Shown: positions 1-13,229 of the stretch, piece by piece
How the letters are laid out: each line of letters begins with the position of its first letter
Numbering within the stretch: position 1 is the stretch's first letter
DNA from: the human T2T-CHM13v2.0 reference genome, Homo sapiens
Length of the DNA stretch: 64,000 nt
Direction of reading: 5' to 3'
NCBI GenBank assembly: GCA_009914755.4
Contig: CP068257.2
Span: 17,120,001-17,184,000, forward strand
The notes under the pieces: model-generated
Seen by the model: only the letters and a program-made list of their open reading frames with translations
Databases searched by the model: none
Told to the model about the DNA's origin: nothing
Translations under genes and position numbers: made by a program

Positions 1-1284
1 CTTTACCTCCTGTTTTTGCCTAATTAGCATTTTAGTGAGCTGTCTAACTGGTTAGATGTGAGCTAAGTTGCAAGTGCCGTGTTTAAAAGTGGATGCGGTC
101 ACCTTCCCAGCTAGGCTTAAGGATTCTTAGTCGGCCTATGAAAGCCAGCTAGTCCTGTCTCTCATAACCTCATGTGACTAGGCACAGTGAAAAAGCAGTC
201 GAAGCTTCATTTGCACAAAGTTATTGAAGACATTATATAAAATTACCTTTAAGCTATATGTATCAATATATATGAAATATAAATGAATTTTGTGTTTAGA
301 CTTGGGTTTCATTCTTAAGATATCTCATCCTGTATATGTAAATCTTCCCAAATTCCAAACATTTCTGGTCCCAAACATTTCAAATAAGGAATATTCAACC
401 CATATGATAGGAGTGCAAAAAGAGAAAAGGATTTGAAAATGAAGAGGGTTAAATGCAAATGTTACTCAGAATAAAATAGATGATATTTTTAGCATTAGCA
501 ATCTTACATCCTAGCTTCAATATCATTTATAATTTTCAGACTAACAAAGTATCATCACGTTTTTCTCACTGTTAAATAAATGAAATATCTTGTATTATTT
601 AAAATATATAGCACTAGTTTTTTTATTTTATTATCCGTGTGTGTGTGTATTTGACCACAGAATGTGTAAGATTATAGTTCTTAGAAATAAAAGTCAAGAC
701 AAGTTATTAAAATAATTAAATATAATATGCAAACTTAAATGTAATTTTATGTAGACCTTTTCTTATTCTGAGACTGCTAAATTTCAGCTATGTGCAATTT
801 TACAATAACTCCCGGAAGACCATATCTTATTACGGACATCATTATGTTGAAAGTGATACAAATTTAGAACCCCAAATGAAAAAATTAAAAAAAAAATGTT
901 TATTAGCCTTACTCACTTAGGCTTTCTTGTAGAGGAAATAAGAAATGCTAAAGATTTTGCATAGCAAAGTTGAAGTCTGTTATAACAGTAGGAGAGAAGT
1001 AATATACAAATTCACTTGTTGATATTTTTGAAAGAAAATTCTAAAAGTGTCCTCTTTCAAAATATCAGTACTTTAGAAATGAGGTTCTTTTGTTAAGGTA
1101 ACAAAATTGCCCTGGTTATATTAATTGTGAAATGACTATCTAAAGATTGCAAATAATAATTCAATTGAAAACTTAATTATCAAAAAAAGTTAAATAACAA
1201 AAGTAAACTCCTCAACATCATCTCTCTCTTAAAACCAGTGACTCTTCTTATATTTCTACTCTCAAATTAAAAATGTCATCAACA

Positions 1285-1580
1285 GGCTTAGTGGCTCATG
1301 CCTGTAATCTCAGCACTGTGGGAGGCCCAAGAAGGAAGATCACTTAAGGCCAGAGTTTGAGATCAGCATGGGTAACTCAGTGAGATCCCAGCGCTACAAA
1401 TTTTTTTTTAAATTAGCTGAGTATGGTGTCACTTGCCTGTAGTCCTAGCTATTCTGGAGGCTGAGGTGGGAGGATTGCTTGAGCCCAGAAATTCAAGGCT
1501 GCAGTGAGTAATAATCCCAACACTGCACTCCAGCCTAGGTGACAGAGCAAGACTCTGTCTCAAAAAATAATATAATAAAA
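1285..1580 (+). mobile_element. Alu element (older AluJ/S-like) with A-rich tail
   Basis: Begins ggcttagtggctcatgcctgtaatc, contains middle A-rich linker, right monomer and tail caaaaaataatataataaaa; flanked by direct repeat AAAATGTCATC (about 1270-1280 and just after the tail). Confidence 0.9.
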
Positions 1581-1842
1581 TATGTCATCCCCTCAGGCAC
1601 TCCAGGCAGAAATATATTATTGTAAATTATTTTTTATTTCAACCATTTCATCCAAAGCAGTAATGAAATCCAGCCTATTTAAAATCCCAAGCATTTCTAG
1701 ACTATTTGTTTTTCTCATCTTTCCTATCACCAATGCCTGAATTTAAATTCCCCTTATGTCTTGTCAAGACTGTTAAAATTTTTTTCACCTAGTTTCCTTA
1801 ACTTCAGTATAAATTTCCTCTCACATTTAATTTACTGCATAC

Positions 1843-4222
1843 TGTCTTAGTTCATTTTGTGCTGCTATAACAGAATACCTGAGACTGGGTAATTTATAAC
1901 AGAAATGTATTGGCTGACAGCTCTGGAGCCTGGGAAGTCCTACATCAAGCGACTGGCACCTTGTGAGGTTTTCTTGTTGTGTCATCTCATGGTGGAGGGT
2001 GGAAGGGCACACAGAGGGCCAAACTTGCCTTTTTATAATGACACCAATCCTACCCATGAGGGCAGGTGGAACCCTCATGACCTCATCATCACTCAAAACT
2101 CCCACCTTGTAATACTGTTATAATAGCAATTAAATTTTAACAAGAGTTTCTGATGGGACAAATATTCAAGCCATATCATTCTGCCCTGGCTCACAAAAAC
2201 TAATGTTCTTCTCACATACAAAAATACATTCATTCCATTTCTATAGCCCCAAGTGTTCCAGTATCAACTCAAAATTTCAATGTCTGGAGTCTCATCTAAA
2301 TTATATATGGGTGAGACCCAAGGGTTGATTCATCCTGAGGCAAGTTTCTTTTTAGCTATGAGTTTGTGAAATTAATCAAGTTATGTGCTTCCAAAACACG
2401 ATGGTAGAACAGGCATAAATAGACATTTCCATTCCAAAAGGGAGAAATAAGAAAGAAAAAAGGAAAAACAGGTCCCAAGCAAGTGCAAAACCCAACAAAG
2501 TAAACAATACTAAACCCTAAATCTTGAGAATACCCTTTTTAGACTATATCCTGCTTTAGGGACACATTGAGGTGGTGCTGGGTCCCTTAAGGACCCAGGC
2601 GGTTCTGCCCCTATGGGTTTGCAGGTATTAGCTCATACAACAGCTCCCACAGGTTAGAGTCTTATATCTGCATCTCTCCCAGGCTGACGTTGCATGCTGG
2701 TAGCTCTACAGTTCCAGGGTCTTAGGGGTGGCTGTGCTCCCATGGCTGTAATAGGTGCAGCCCTAGTGGGGACTCTGTAGCAGCTCTGCCCCTGACACAA
2801 ATCTCTGCCTGAACCTCCACACTGTCCACAGCATCCTTTGAAATCTAGGTAGAGAAAGCCATGCTCTCACAACTTTTGCATTTTTTTGCACCTGGAGAAT
2901 TAGCACCCTGTGGATGCTGCCACGGTTTACAGATTGAACTTTCTAGAGCAGCAGTTATAGCCACACCTGAGTCTGCTGGAGTCATATCTTGGGCAGCTGA
3001 GGGTTGCATCAGAACACACAGAATGCTGGAAACAAACATTGAGGCAGCCCTGTGTAGCCCTCATGGTCCTGAGGACACCCTAGGCCTCTCTTTTGATATA
3101 TTTCCTTCCCTCAGGCCTTGGCACTATGGGTCTGTGATGGGAGTTGTGACACAAGTAATCTCGAGAGTGCCTTTGTGGTCATTCTCCCATTGTTCTGGTA
3201 ATCTTCTCTGGCTTTGTTCTTTTTATACTAATTTTCTTATCAAATGTTCCCTTCACCACACTCATTTTCCTGTCCTGGAAAATGCTCTTTCATTTTCCAC
3301 GAAATGGCCAGGTTGAGAATTCTCCAAATCTCTAAACTCTGTTCCCATTTTAATTATCAGTGATGATTTTAAATGATGTCTCCGTTTTCACGTTTTACTG
3401 TATGCTGTTAAAAGAAGCCACATAGCACCTTGAATGCTTTGCTGCTTAGACATTTCTTCTGCCAGATATCCTAGTTCATCACTTAAATTCTGCCTTTCAT
3501 AAAGCCTTTGGGCGTAGACATTATTCCGCAAGATTCTTTCTCCCCTTACAACAGGGTTGGCCTTTTCTACAGTTTACAATACCTAATTCATTTCTTCCAT
3601 CTAAGATGTCATCAGGGTGGCCTTTACCGTCCATATTTTTAACAACATTCTGATTATGACAATGTAGATAATCTCTAAGAAGTACCAGACTTTCCTTACA
3701 ATGGAACGTCCTCTTCTGAGCCCTCACTAGGTTTGTCCTTAATGCTCCTTTAATAGTAATTTAGGTTTTTGTAGCTTGCTCTTCCAAATTCTTCCAGCCT
3801 CAACCCACTACCCAGTTCCAAAACCACTTGCAAGTATTCAGGTATTTGTTACAGCAACACCCTTTGTCCAGTAGTAATTTTCTGTCTCAATCCATTTCAT
3901 GATGCTGTAACAGAATACTGCAGACTGGGCAATTCACAACAAACAGAAATGTATTGGCTCGCAGTTCTGGAGGTTAGGAAGTACGAGATCGAGGTTCAGG
4001 CATCTCAGAAGGGTCTTCTTTTGGTGCCATCCTATGAAAGAAGGTGGAAGGGCAAAGAGAGGGCCAACTTTGTCCTTTATAATGGCACCAGTCCCACCTT
4101 TGAGGACAGAACTCTCGTGGTTTAATCACTTTTTAAGTATCTCATTTTCTGATAATGTTACAATGGCAATGAAATTTTGACATAGGTTTTGGAAGTGACA
4201 AACATTCAAACAACAGCCTAAA
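1843..4222 (-). mobile_element. Complete ERVL-MaLR element (MLT1/MST-type) LTR-int-LTR, antisense
   Basis: Two homologous LTRs (1843-2178 and 3883-4222), both starting tgtct(c/t)a..ttcat..gctg(c)taacagaatac.. and ending ..caa(g/c)ccatatca / ..caacagccta (reverse complement of the MaLR TGATATGGTTTGG start); 1.7 kb internal region carries MaLR-int antisense motifs (acccagttccaaaaccacttgcaagtattcaggtat). Confidence 0.75.
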
Positions 4223-4369
4223 CTATAGTTAGAAGTATTTCTCTAATACACCCTGACCATACTGATATGGGAGGAGGGCAGAGAAGTGCTGGGAGGAGAA
4301 GAGTGGGTCCCTGATGAGCGCTCTACCCTCCAGCCTGTGCCCATGGACCTAGGTGAGGACAGGCACTCC

Positions 4370-4790
4370 TGCCTTCATGGCCAAATGTTGCATTTCCCAA
4401 ACCACCCTGGCCCGCCATGCCCCCATCCTGTGCCTATAAAAACCCCAAGATCCTAGCAGGCCGACTGGACATCGAGAGGAACACGTCAGCGGAAGAAGAC
4501 ACAAGTGGCTGGATGTTGAGGGGAGCATGCCGCTGTAAGAGCACACCGATAGAGCTGGCAGGCGGCAGGCCATCAACCGGTGGAATGACGCGGAGTTTGG
4601 CCAGGGAGGTTGGAGGAGAGCCCGGGCCTCTGAGCGGCAGGACTCCACGGGAAAACCATCTTCCTTCTGGCTCCCCCACCTGCTGAGAACTACTTCCACT
4701 CACACTGAGCAGCCCGACTCCAAGGGAAAACCATCTCTCTTCTGGCTCCCCCATCTCCTGAGAGCTACTTCCACTCTAAAACTTGCACAC
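4370..4790 (+). mobile_element. Solo retroviral-type LTR (unclassified family) with TATA box (cctataaaaacccc) and moderately CpG-containing R/U5-like region
   Basis: TATA-like ctataaaaacccc followed by GC-richer segment and degraded polyA-signal region (ccactctaaaacttgc); same architecture and shared motifs as the LTR at 14300-14700 (ataaaaaccc ... gctcccc..ctgagagct..ccactcaataaaact). Confidence 0.45.
4641..4776. repeat. Tandem duplication, 2 copies of about 61 bp (period about 75 bp) inside the LTR-like element
   Basis: gactccacgggaaaaccatcttccttctggctcccccacctgctgagaactacttccactc at 4641-4701 repeated as gactccaagggaaaaccatctctcttctggctcccccatctcctgagagctacttccactc at 4716-4776. Confidence 0.8.
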
Positions 4791-6738
4791 ATTCTCCAAG
4801 CCCATGTGTGATCTGATTCTTCTGGTATACCAAGGCAAGAAACCCGGGGATACAGAAATCCCTCTGTCCTTGTGATAAGGAAGGAGGGCTAACTGAGCTA
4901 ACACAAGCCACCTATGGATGGCTAAACTAAAAGAGCACCCTGTAACACACGCCCACTGGGGCTTCTGGAGCTGTAAACATTCACACCTAGACACTGCCGT
5001 GGGGTCGGAGCCCCACAGCCTGCCCATCCACATGCTCTCCTCAGAGGTTTGAGCAGGGAAGAAACGAGCCACATCCCCATCACACACCCTGCGAGGGGGA
5101 CAAGGGAACCTTTCCGGTTTCAATACCACTTCATTACCTAACACCTTCGCCTGAATCTCTGTGGTGTACAGTACATCAAGCAGAGCCAATGACTGTGACA
5201 GTGTTTTACGCGGCCTTCCTCTATCTGTTCCCAACTATGACCATTTCCTGGCATTCACCAAATAATCTAGAAGATGTCTGCACACACCATCCCTGTGCTC
5301 ACATTATTGTTTTTATTGACCCCATAGTAACTCTCCTAGAAAAGTCCCACCTCTTGCTTAAGTGTTAATTGGGTGCTATTTTCTCTTTTGGGCATTACCC
5401 TTGCCCTCTTCCCTTCATCCCTTCCAAGGAGCATGCTCCTTCCTGGACACTGCTATTCTGTATGCCCACCAATCCCTCACTCTCCCTAAGGCCTTCGCAA
5501 TTGTTGTTGCTTCTTTGATTTTCAGTCTAGGTATCATTTCTTCAGGGGAGATTTCCCAGATGACCCTTTTATTCACTCTTATGGTATGCCTCACTTCTCC
5601 TTTTTAGCACTTAGAAAAATTTCAAGTAAGTATTTTTGAGTGCATTTAAAAAGTTTTCTCAGTGTTTTCTAATCTCCCTAAGAATTGAACTATTATTTCA
5701 TTCACTGTTATAAAGTCAATGTTGAGAAATTCATGTGTGTGTAAAGATAGTATCTTTAGACAAGTTAAAATGTGCTTCCAAATTTGCTTTATATTAGTAC
5801 ATAATTTCTCACACTTCCCTTTTTCTATTCCTCTAGACTTATTTACTTGCTTCAGGATAGTTTGGGTAAGAATTCAAAAAGAAATAAGTGCTTAGTCAAT
5901 CTTGAATACATACATTAATTTTTTTTTTCTTTTGGTCTGTGTCGTCATCAACAACAAAAATAATCCTTAAAGTCAGGTTTTTTTTTTTATGGCAGAAAAG
6001 TAGTATGTTTTAGTAAAAATTATTTTAGCTCTCATCAGAAAAAGGCCTGAAAGACAGAGTCATAAAATTTTACTGTAAGCCATAACATAAAAATAGTATA
6101 GGGCTGCTTCAGGCGCATAGAAAGAATTGCAAAATCTTGCCCTTCCTGCTTAGGATAAGTGACAAGGACACAAGAGAAGAAGATAAAAGGGGAGATACAC
6201 AACCGTGTCTTACTCTAGCCCAACAATAAGTAAAAACTCAAAGGTATAGGTGTGCTAGAAACTGCTATATTTGCAAGAAGAAACATAAGGAAATCAGAAC
6301 TGGTAACCAGATTCCCTAAGAGTAGACCACACCTCTTGAAAAATATGGCCCAGAAGCAATACAACAGGGTTAGAGAACAGGTGATTTGAAACAGTAGCCT
6401 GGAGCAGCAGGTCTGACTCAACCAAATCTAGGATCTGGAAGTTCCCACATATCATGATCAGGAGACCTGGAGGTACAGACAACACTGAAGACAGTGAAAT
6501 TTTGGACAATTAGCCACATCCCCAAATGAGGACAGGCAGCTACTGAACCTCAGCAGTCTGCCTCAGCAGGCAAGAAATGGATTCAACAGACCACTCAAAG
6601 TCAAAGCCAGATAGATAGCAGGTCATGAGTCCCCATCAATTTCTTGTAGGAAACAAATTGTGTAAGTTTCTATTTCTCATTTCCCAGTATGTGAGATCAC
6701 CTTTTGGAAAATAAGTGGGGAAATATAAGACATATTAA

Positions 6739-6778
6739 ATATGGAATATTTATCAGAAATATGGAATATTTATCAGAA
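6739..6778. repeat. Perfect 20-bp tandem duplication (atatggaatatttatcagaa x2)
   Basis: Direct reading of sequence at 6739-6758 and 6759-6778. Confidence 0.9.
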
Positions 6779-6794
6779 AGGACCTAAGTCACTT

Positions 6795-7182
6795 GTATTC
6801 ATCTTCTAAGGATGCCATAACAGAATACCTTAGACTGAGTAACTTAGACAAATGTATTGCCTCACAGTTCTGGAGGTTGGAAGTCCAAGGTCAAGGTGAT
6901 GGCAAGGCTGGATTCTAGGTGAGGGCTTCCTTCCTGACTTGCAGGTGGCCACCTTCTCACTGTGTCCTCACTTGGTCTTTCTCTGTGTATGTGCTCCTGA
7001 TGTCTGTTTTATATTTTTATTTTTCTGATAAGGACACTAGTCCTATTGGATGAGGGTCCACCCCTTATGACCTCATTTAAACTTGATTAATTCCTTAAAG
7101 TCCCTATTTCCAAAAACAGTCACATTGTGGGTTAGGACTTCAACCTATGAATTTTGGGAAGGATACAACTTAGTTCATAACA
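6795..7182 (-). mobile_element. Solo MaLR LTR (MLT1-type), antisense
   Basis: catcttctaaggatgccataacagaataccttagactgagtaactt...ggttaggacttcaacctatgaattttgggaaggatacaacttagttcataaca, matching reverse-complement MLT1/MST LTR layout. Confidence 0.7.
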
Positions 7183-8544
7183 ATCCTAAAAGGATATAAT
7201 CTGAACTAAAAGAGCTGAAGAAATCATCACATAGTAGTTACTCATGAGAAATATTAGTTATAGAACATACCGCAATCACATTTTGAAGTATTTAATAAAA
7301 ACGGATGCTAGAATTGCAACCCTGGAAAAGCTGTGTGGCTTATAAATGAATCCACAAGTGCATAAATTTATATGTATGTAGTCTTTTTAAATAAATAAAC
7401 ATCATGTATAAAAGGCAAAAGATCAAAAACAGCCTAAATACTCATCTATGGGATTTAATTTAAATCAATTATTGGGCCTTCATACATTATTGGAATTTTT
7501 ATATGCTCAGTGAAATGATAAGCTTTGACTTCACGTATTGAAATAGATATATCAATCTGTAATATTGCTATCATATTTTGTCTAGATTGACAAAGCACAT
7601 GCCTATCTTCTTTATTAATATGTTAATTTGTGACAATATATAAATTATAAATGATGAAATGATATATAACAGGCTTAACAAAGGGTTACAGGTGTCATCT
7701 CTGTGGCAATATTGTGATGGGCTCAAGATCACTGCTAAGAGAAGTAGTTAACTGCAGAATTAAATAGCCTGGCTCAGTAGTCACACCAGAGGTATCTTTG
7801 GCAAGTTATTTAATCTTAGGTTTTATAAGCCTCACTTTTTTCATCTATAAATGGGTCTAATAATTGTATCTATCTTACAGGATCATTGGTAGACCTAAAT
7901 GTTAATACAAGTAAAACACTTAGGAATGTGTGGGATATTGTGTGCACTTAATAAATGTCACATATTGTATCCTTTTATTATTTTTATTCCTATTATTATT
8001 AGATACAGTCCCAAATAATTTTATTTCTGGTTTTACAAAAGACATGTGGTGCTTTTCAATCACTGAAATCAATAAAGCCGATACATATACAAAAATTTTC
8101 AAAAAAAATTAGGTAATCACAATTTTTCTCTCTGCAATTTTACTAACATTATTTAGAAATGATGCTATTAAAGGGCATTACTTCTACTCATATAGACACA
8201 TGCATAGCCAATTATTTCATCTCTTTACTCTTCATCTTTAAGCTTGCCCACTGACTGTCCTAACTGTAACAGACTTAAACAACAATTATTTGCATGTGCC
8301 AATAGCAGCTAGGGGCTAAGGAGTAGATAAGAGAGTCATTGCTTATGTGACCGAAGGAGACAAATAATACGTGGATGAGGCTTTTTAATTTTTGCCCTTG
8401 AGAGAGTAATGTTCTCCTATCTTAAAAGGAAATCGATACCTGATATTAGATGCACATAAACTAATGATCAATACATCATGACAGTAGATTTGTGAATTCT
8501 CATCTAAGTCAACTAAACAAAGAAACCTATTTTATATTGTGCTA

Positions 8545-8945
8545 TGTTTTGAATTTGTTCCCCAAAGTTCCTGTGTTATAAATTGGTACCCAGTGCAGCA
8601 GTGCTGAGAGATGGAACTTTTAGGAGGCAATGAGTTTTGAGGGCTCTGCTCTCTTAAATGGGTTAATCCATTCATGGATTACTGGGTACTGAGGGAGTGG
8701 GTTAGTTATCATGAAAATGGGTAAGCAAGTTTGGCCATCTCTTGTGAGCTGTTCTTGCCATGTAATTAATGCCTTACACCACCAAGGGACTCTGCAGAGT
8801 CACCATTCGCAAGAAGGTTCTCATCAGATACAACCCCTCGATCATGGACTTCCCAGCATCCAGAACTGTAAGAAATGTATTTATTTTCTTTATAAGTTAC
8901 TCAGCCATGAGTATTCAGTTATACCAATAGAAAACAAATTAACAC
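8545..8945 (+). mobile_element. Solo MaLR LTR (MLT1-type), sense
   Basis: tgttttgaatttgttccccaaagttc...ggacttcccagcatccagaactgtaagaaatgtatttattttctttataagttactcagccatgagtattcagttata.., the characteristic MLT1 3' end (cttggacttcccagcctccagaactgtgagaaataaatgt..taagccacccagtctatggtatt). Confidence 0.7.
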
Positions 8946-9540
8946 ATAGTAGTTTTCAATTAGATATAATTAATATAAAAAGAATACCAAAATCCATAAG
9001 GCAATCAGTGTGTAAACCCCACTCATTCTGATTTCTTCATTATGCATTCCTTCACTTAGATTTAAGTTGGAGGAATTTTAAGTGTTGTAAACATTACCAT
9101 TTTAATAACATGATATATAAACCTAGAAGGTAATACATTAACATATTTTACAGTAGTTTATGACTTTGTAAAGAAAAAACAAATAGAATGAACCTGCCAT
9201 TCATAATCTGTAGTTTTATTTCGAGAGCTGGGAATTCATGGGAAGTTTGTAACTGCAATTTGATCACCTCCCCTTTGAACCTATCTCAGTCATGAGTACC
9301 ATAATGTGCACTTCTTTACTTCAGCAGAAGCTGCTTAGAGACAAATTACTTTGGTGCTAGATTAAATGCACCTCAGCAGCTAGACTGGATGGCATTTCAC
9401 TCCCATGCAGAATCCTTGCAAGCTGCACTCTGACCTTCTGGATGACATCTTCTGCCTGACAGTCATTATTTTCTACCTCCAGCTCACTAGGACACCTAAG
9501 TGGAGCAGTCATTAGAGTTCCACAGGCAGCATAAATGGCC

Positions 9541-9556
9541 ATATATATATATATGT
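9541..9556. repeat. (AT)n microsatellite, short
   Basis: atatatatatatatat. Confidence 0.7.
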
Positions 9557-10019
9557 TTCTGTGGTCAGAAATTGGAGGGGAGGAGATGAAAGGAAAAAAA
9601 GGGCTCCGAAGTTGCTTTTATTCATGACTGCACCTCTCCCTCACTGACTCTGAAGCTCACTGTTGTTGATTTCCCTGTGATCCTTGATTTCCTTGTGATA
9701 TTTCAAACCATTCCAGTCTCTAGATTGAAGGTTTATGTTGGCCTTGTTGTGGTACTATCCGATAGAATTTTGGATGATGTTTCTGTCCTACAATTCTGAA
9801 AATTGCCATTAAACAAAGGTTATAATGTAGTTAAATAAGGCATGTAGGAATAAAGCAAAATCAAGTCTGGAGGATGATACAACTCTTCTGCATGGTTAAG
9901 TATGTTGTAACAATGATTCTAGAGGGAGAGATCAGTGTCGAGTGGGTATTGATATAATGGTAAGTAACCCATTTCTCCAAATCTCTTGACACTGTTCACT
10001 CCTGCTTTCTTGTGCCTTA

Positions 10020-10100
10020 TCTACTCTCCTCCCACTTCACCTCCTCTCTTAAAATTCTCTCCTCTTCCTCCCCTTCCCTTCATTATATTCTTAATGTTTA
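10020..10100. repeat. Polypyrimidine (CT-rich) low-complexity tract
   Basis: ctactctcctcccacttcacctcctctcttaaaattctctcctcttcctccccttcccttc. Confidence 0.6.
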
Positions 10101-12929
10101 TTTTCATTTTTTTTTCCTGGTGAAGACATTTAACAAATCAAGAATGGATTCCAAGAATGCTGAAAGCTTCCTAGTTTTTTCCTATATGAAAATTATGCTT
10201 CATTCTTTCAATAAAAACATGCCAGAAAATGTAAATTATTCTGTAACTGCATTTTTTGTCTAGTTCTCTGGATTTCACCATCACATTCCATAGATGGCTA
10301 TTGTCTTTTATTTGCAAGGGAATATACTACTTGTTAGAGAAATAAGTAAATATTAGCTTAGATTTCTGCACTGGAAGTATGCAGAGCTTTGCTCTGGGGA
10401 TGAAATAAAATATGAAGTATGTAATTGGGAATATGTTGGCATAAAATGAGGGACTAATAAATGGTACCAAATATTGAATAAAGTGACAGTTTCATCAGCA
10501 GTATCAATGTTCAAGGCATGTAAAGAAATTAGAAGGCTTACAAAGAAAGTCTATCTCTCTTTTCCCAGGTGTGTGTAACAAAAGTTCTTGAATAAACCTG
10601 GATTTTGCTGATCTGGAGTTCAAGCAAGTTCATGCACATCTGCTAAGTTAATGGGGCAGTTGCATTATCTTGCTGTCACGTTTATTTAATGCTGAAACCC
10701 ACTGATGGTAAATTATACCATAAAATTTTAAATTATATTTTACAATATAGAAATGTGCATAAATAAAACACACTGTGTAAAAAAAAAATAATCTACACAC
10801 TGAGAGACAGACTCATACTCAAGCAATTCTCTGCTCCTGCTCCTAGTAACTATCAAATTCAGCAACTCAACCTTTTGTTATCACAATATCTTTAATAGAA
10901 TTGCTTCAGATTAAGTTTTTTTGTGTATTTTCTTTGAATAATATATTCTAGCTGCCTGTTGGGAAATATCAGAAACTAAATTAAACTATACATCTTCTCC
11001 ATATTCTTTTCTCCAGACTATATGCAAATATATTTATTTTTTATTTTCTGCATAATATTACAACTTTTAATTTTGTTAGATAAGCAAATTTTGGCTCCTA
11101 TTCTCATGTTCTTTCTACCAGCTGCCGTCCATTTTCCATCATTTATGCCATTATTTTACATTTAAAAGTAATTAATACCTATTTTCCATGTTAATTTTAA
11201 ATCTTTGTGCTTTGTGAGATAGTGTTTGAGAATAAAATAAAAATCATCATTTAACTTATTAGGATTGTGAAAATGCAATTCCTTTCTGAAGCCATAGAGT
11301 CCTGAAAGTTCTTTCTACTTTCTCATTCTATATATTGGCAGTTACAAAATATCTCAGTTAGTTAGCTTTATATTTGTCATTTCTTAAATGAATTTTTGTT
11401 TTCCTAAGAATTTTTCCTGGCACTTGCTTTGTTTCCCACACCCTCTTTCTCTATCTGCTAAAGTCAAACATAAAGTTCTTCTAGTGCTCTACTACTAAGA
11501 GTAATCCTCACCTTTCCAGCATTAGATATTGACAGTGATGGGCATTACCAGCTTTGATGCAAAGCAGCTTTGCCTGAGATGGTAGATGTGACACTATGGG
11601 ACAGATATTGCATCCTCTACAAGACTACGGGAAGTTTTGCAATAATGTTAAAAGACTTTAGTAGCTACATTCATTCTTCTAGCAGACAGGGAGGCTTTTG
11701 GCAGGAAATGATGCCATAACTACTGCTTTGGATAGGGGCGATATCATCAAAGATAACTTAAAAAGTAAAGGAAGATATTGTGGGTTTTATTTGAACACTG
11801 AGCAAACTAGTTCATGGAGTGCACGTAAGTTATACCTTCGAATTTCAAAAAACTATTAAGGTATTATTTTAAGATGATAAGATCTTTGAAAAAGCAGGTC
11901 GTAATAAACCCAGAGAAATGTTTGGTGTGTGACAGCCTGTGTCAACATAATTTTGCCCAAGTCTCTGAAACATTAGAAAAATATAGAAGCAGTAAATATC
12001 TATTCTAATGGCTTCAAGACATTTTCCCCCCTCTTCTCTGCAATGGCCTCTAATTCAAATTAATGGACCCCCAATGCTCCTGCCTCTGAGAAAAGCTCAT
12101 TGAAACATAAGTAAGTGTGTCTCTTACTCCATGATCCAACCGAGGCTAATGAGAGAATATCATATCACACTTGATTAATTTGAAAGTGGGCACTGGCCAA
12201 ATTACCTGAGTCAGAGTTCTTGCCTGAGGTTTTTCAAATGCTACCCTAGAAGAAAAGCAATTTCTTTATGGTGACGAAAGTTATGAGTCATAAAAACACT
12301 GGCATGTTCACTGGTTATGTTTCCTGCTATTTAGAGAAAACAGCTTTAAAGTGAAAGACAGTAAAGCCAGCATATTGAAAGAAAAATAAATTAGTACCAA
12401 GAGAGTTCTGATTGCATTTTTGTCCCTGGTCCAGTTGTTCATAAATTCGTTCCATCTCTGCCATCTGTATTTTGGTTGTTACATTTTCATTGAATTCTCT
12501 GAAGAAATGTTCTTCATTTTTCTCCCCAAATTAGTTTGAGTTAGGTTTATGTCAGTTGGCATTTAAGAATCTTAAGTAATTTGAAAAAGTTGAATGCCCG
12601 TTTATACTCACTAATGACTCTTTATTGAATTTTCTCAGAGTAAAGTTGACAAGTATTGCCATAGCAGGTGAAGTTCACTTCAGATTAAACACAATGTCTT
12701 TGACTGTGCCAAGAATATAATTTTATGTTTTGTCAACTATTAGGTAATAAGTAATTCCGGGATTCTGAGGTTGGCTTACTCATCAGTAATATTTATAATA
12801 TTAGAAATTTACTTCTAAAGAGAAAATTCACCACTTCCGTAATTTTATAGACCTTGATTTTTACATGGAATTTGATGTGTTTTTTATGTTTTATGCTAGT
12901 ATTTATTTAAAATAAATATTTAAATAACT

Positions 12930-12988
12930 TAAATAAATATGTTATCACTATATTATACAACGTAAATAAATATGTTATCACTATATTA
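12930..12988. repeat. Tandem duplication, 26-bp core taaataaatatgttatcactatatta x2 (period 33 bp)
   Basis: Copies at 12930-12955 and 12963-12988 in an AT-rich context. Confidence 0.8.
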
Positions 12989-13229
12989 ATGTTTTAAGGT
13001 GTGTATATGACTTTAATGACTGAATTTTTATCCATGAAATGCAGGCATTAAAAAATGGCATTTAGAACAGAGAAATGTGAGTTGCTCCTTATTGGCTATT
13101 TCACTTTCTGAAGTTTCAGTTACTTTGTGTTAACCCTAGTTCAAAAATATTAAACAGAAAATTCCAGGACTAAACAATGTATAAAATTTTAAATTGCTGC
13201 TGTTACAAGTAGTGTGATGAAGTCTTGTA

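Noticed and set aside
4776-5234. 152-aa minus-strand ORF in a GC-richer segment
   Set aside because: I recognised no homology. The ORF is antisense to, and immediately downstream of, the LTR-like element, and its composition reflects GC-rich LTR sequence and not coding constraint. I cannot support it as a CDS without a search.
9357-9542. 61-aa ORF in locally GC-richer unique sequence as a possible exon
   Set aside because: There are no flanking splice-site consensus or codon-bias signals I could verify. It is short and most likely random.
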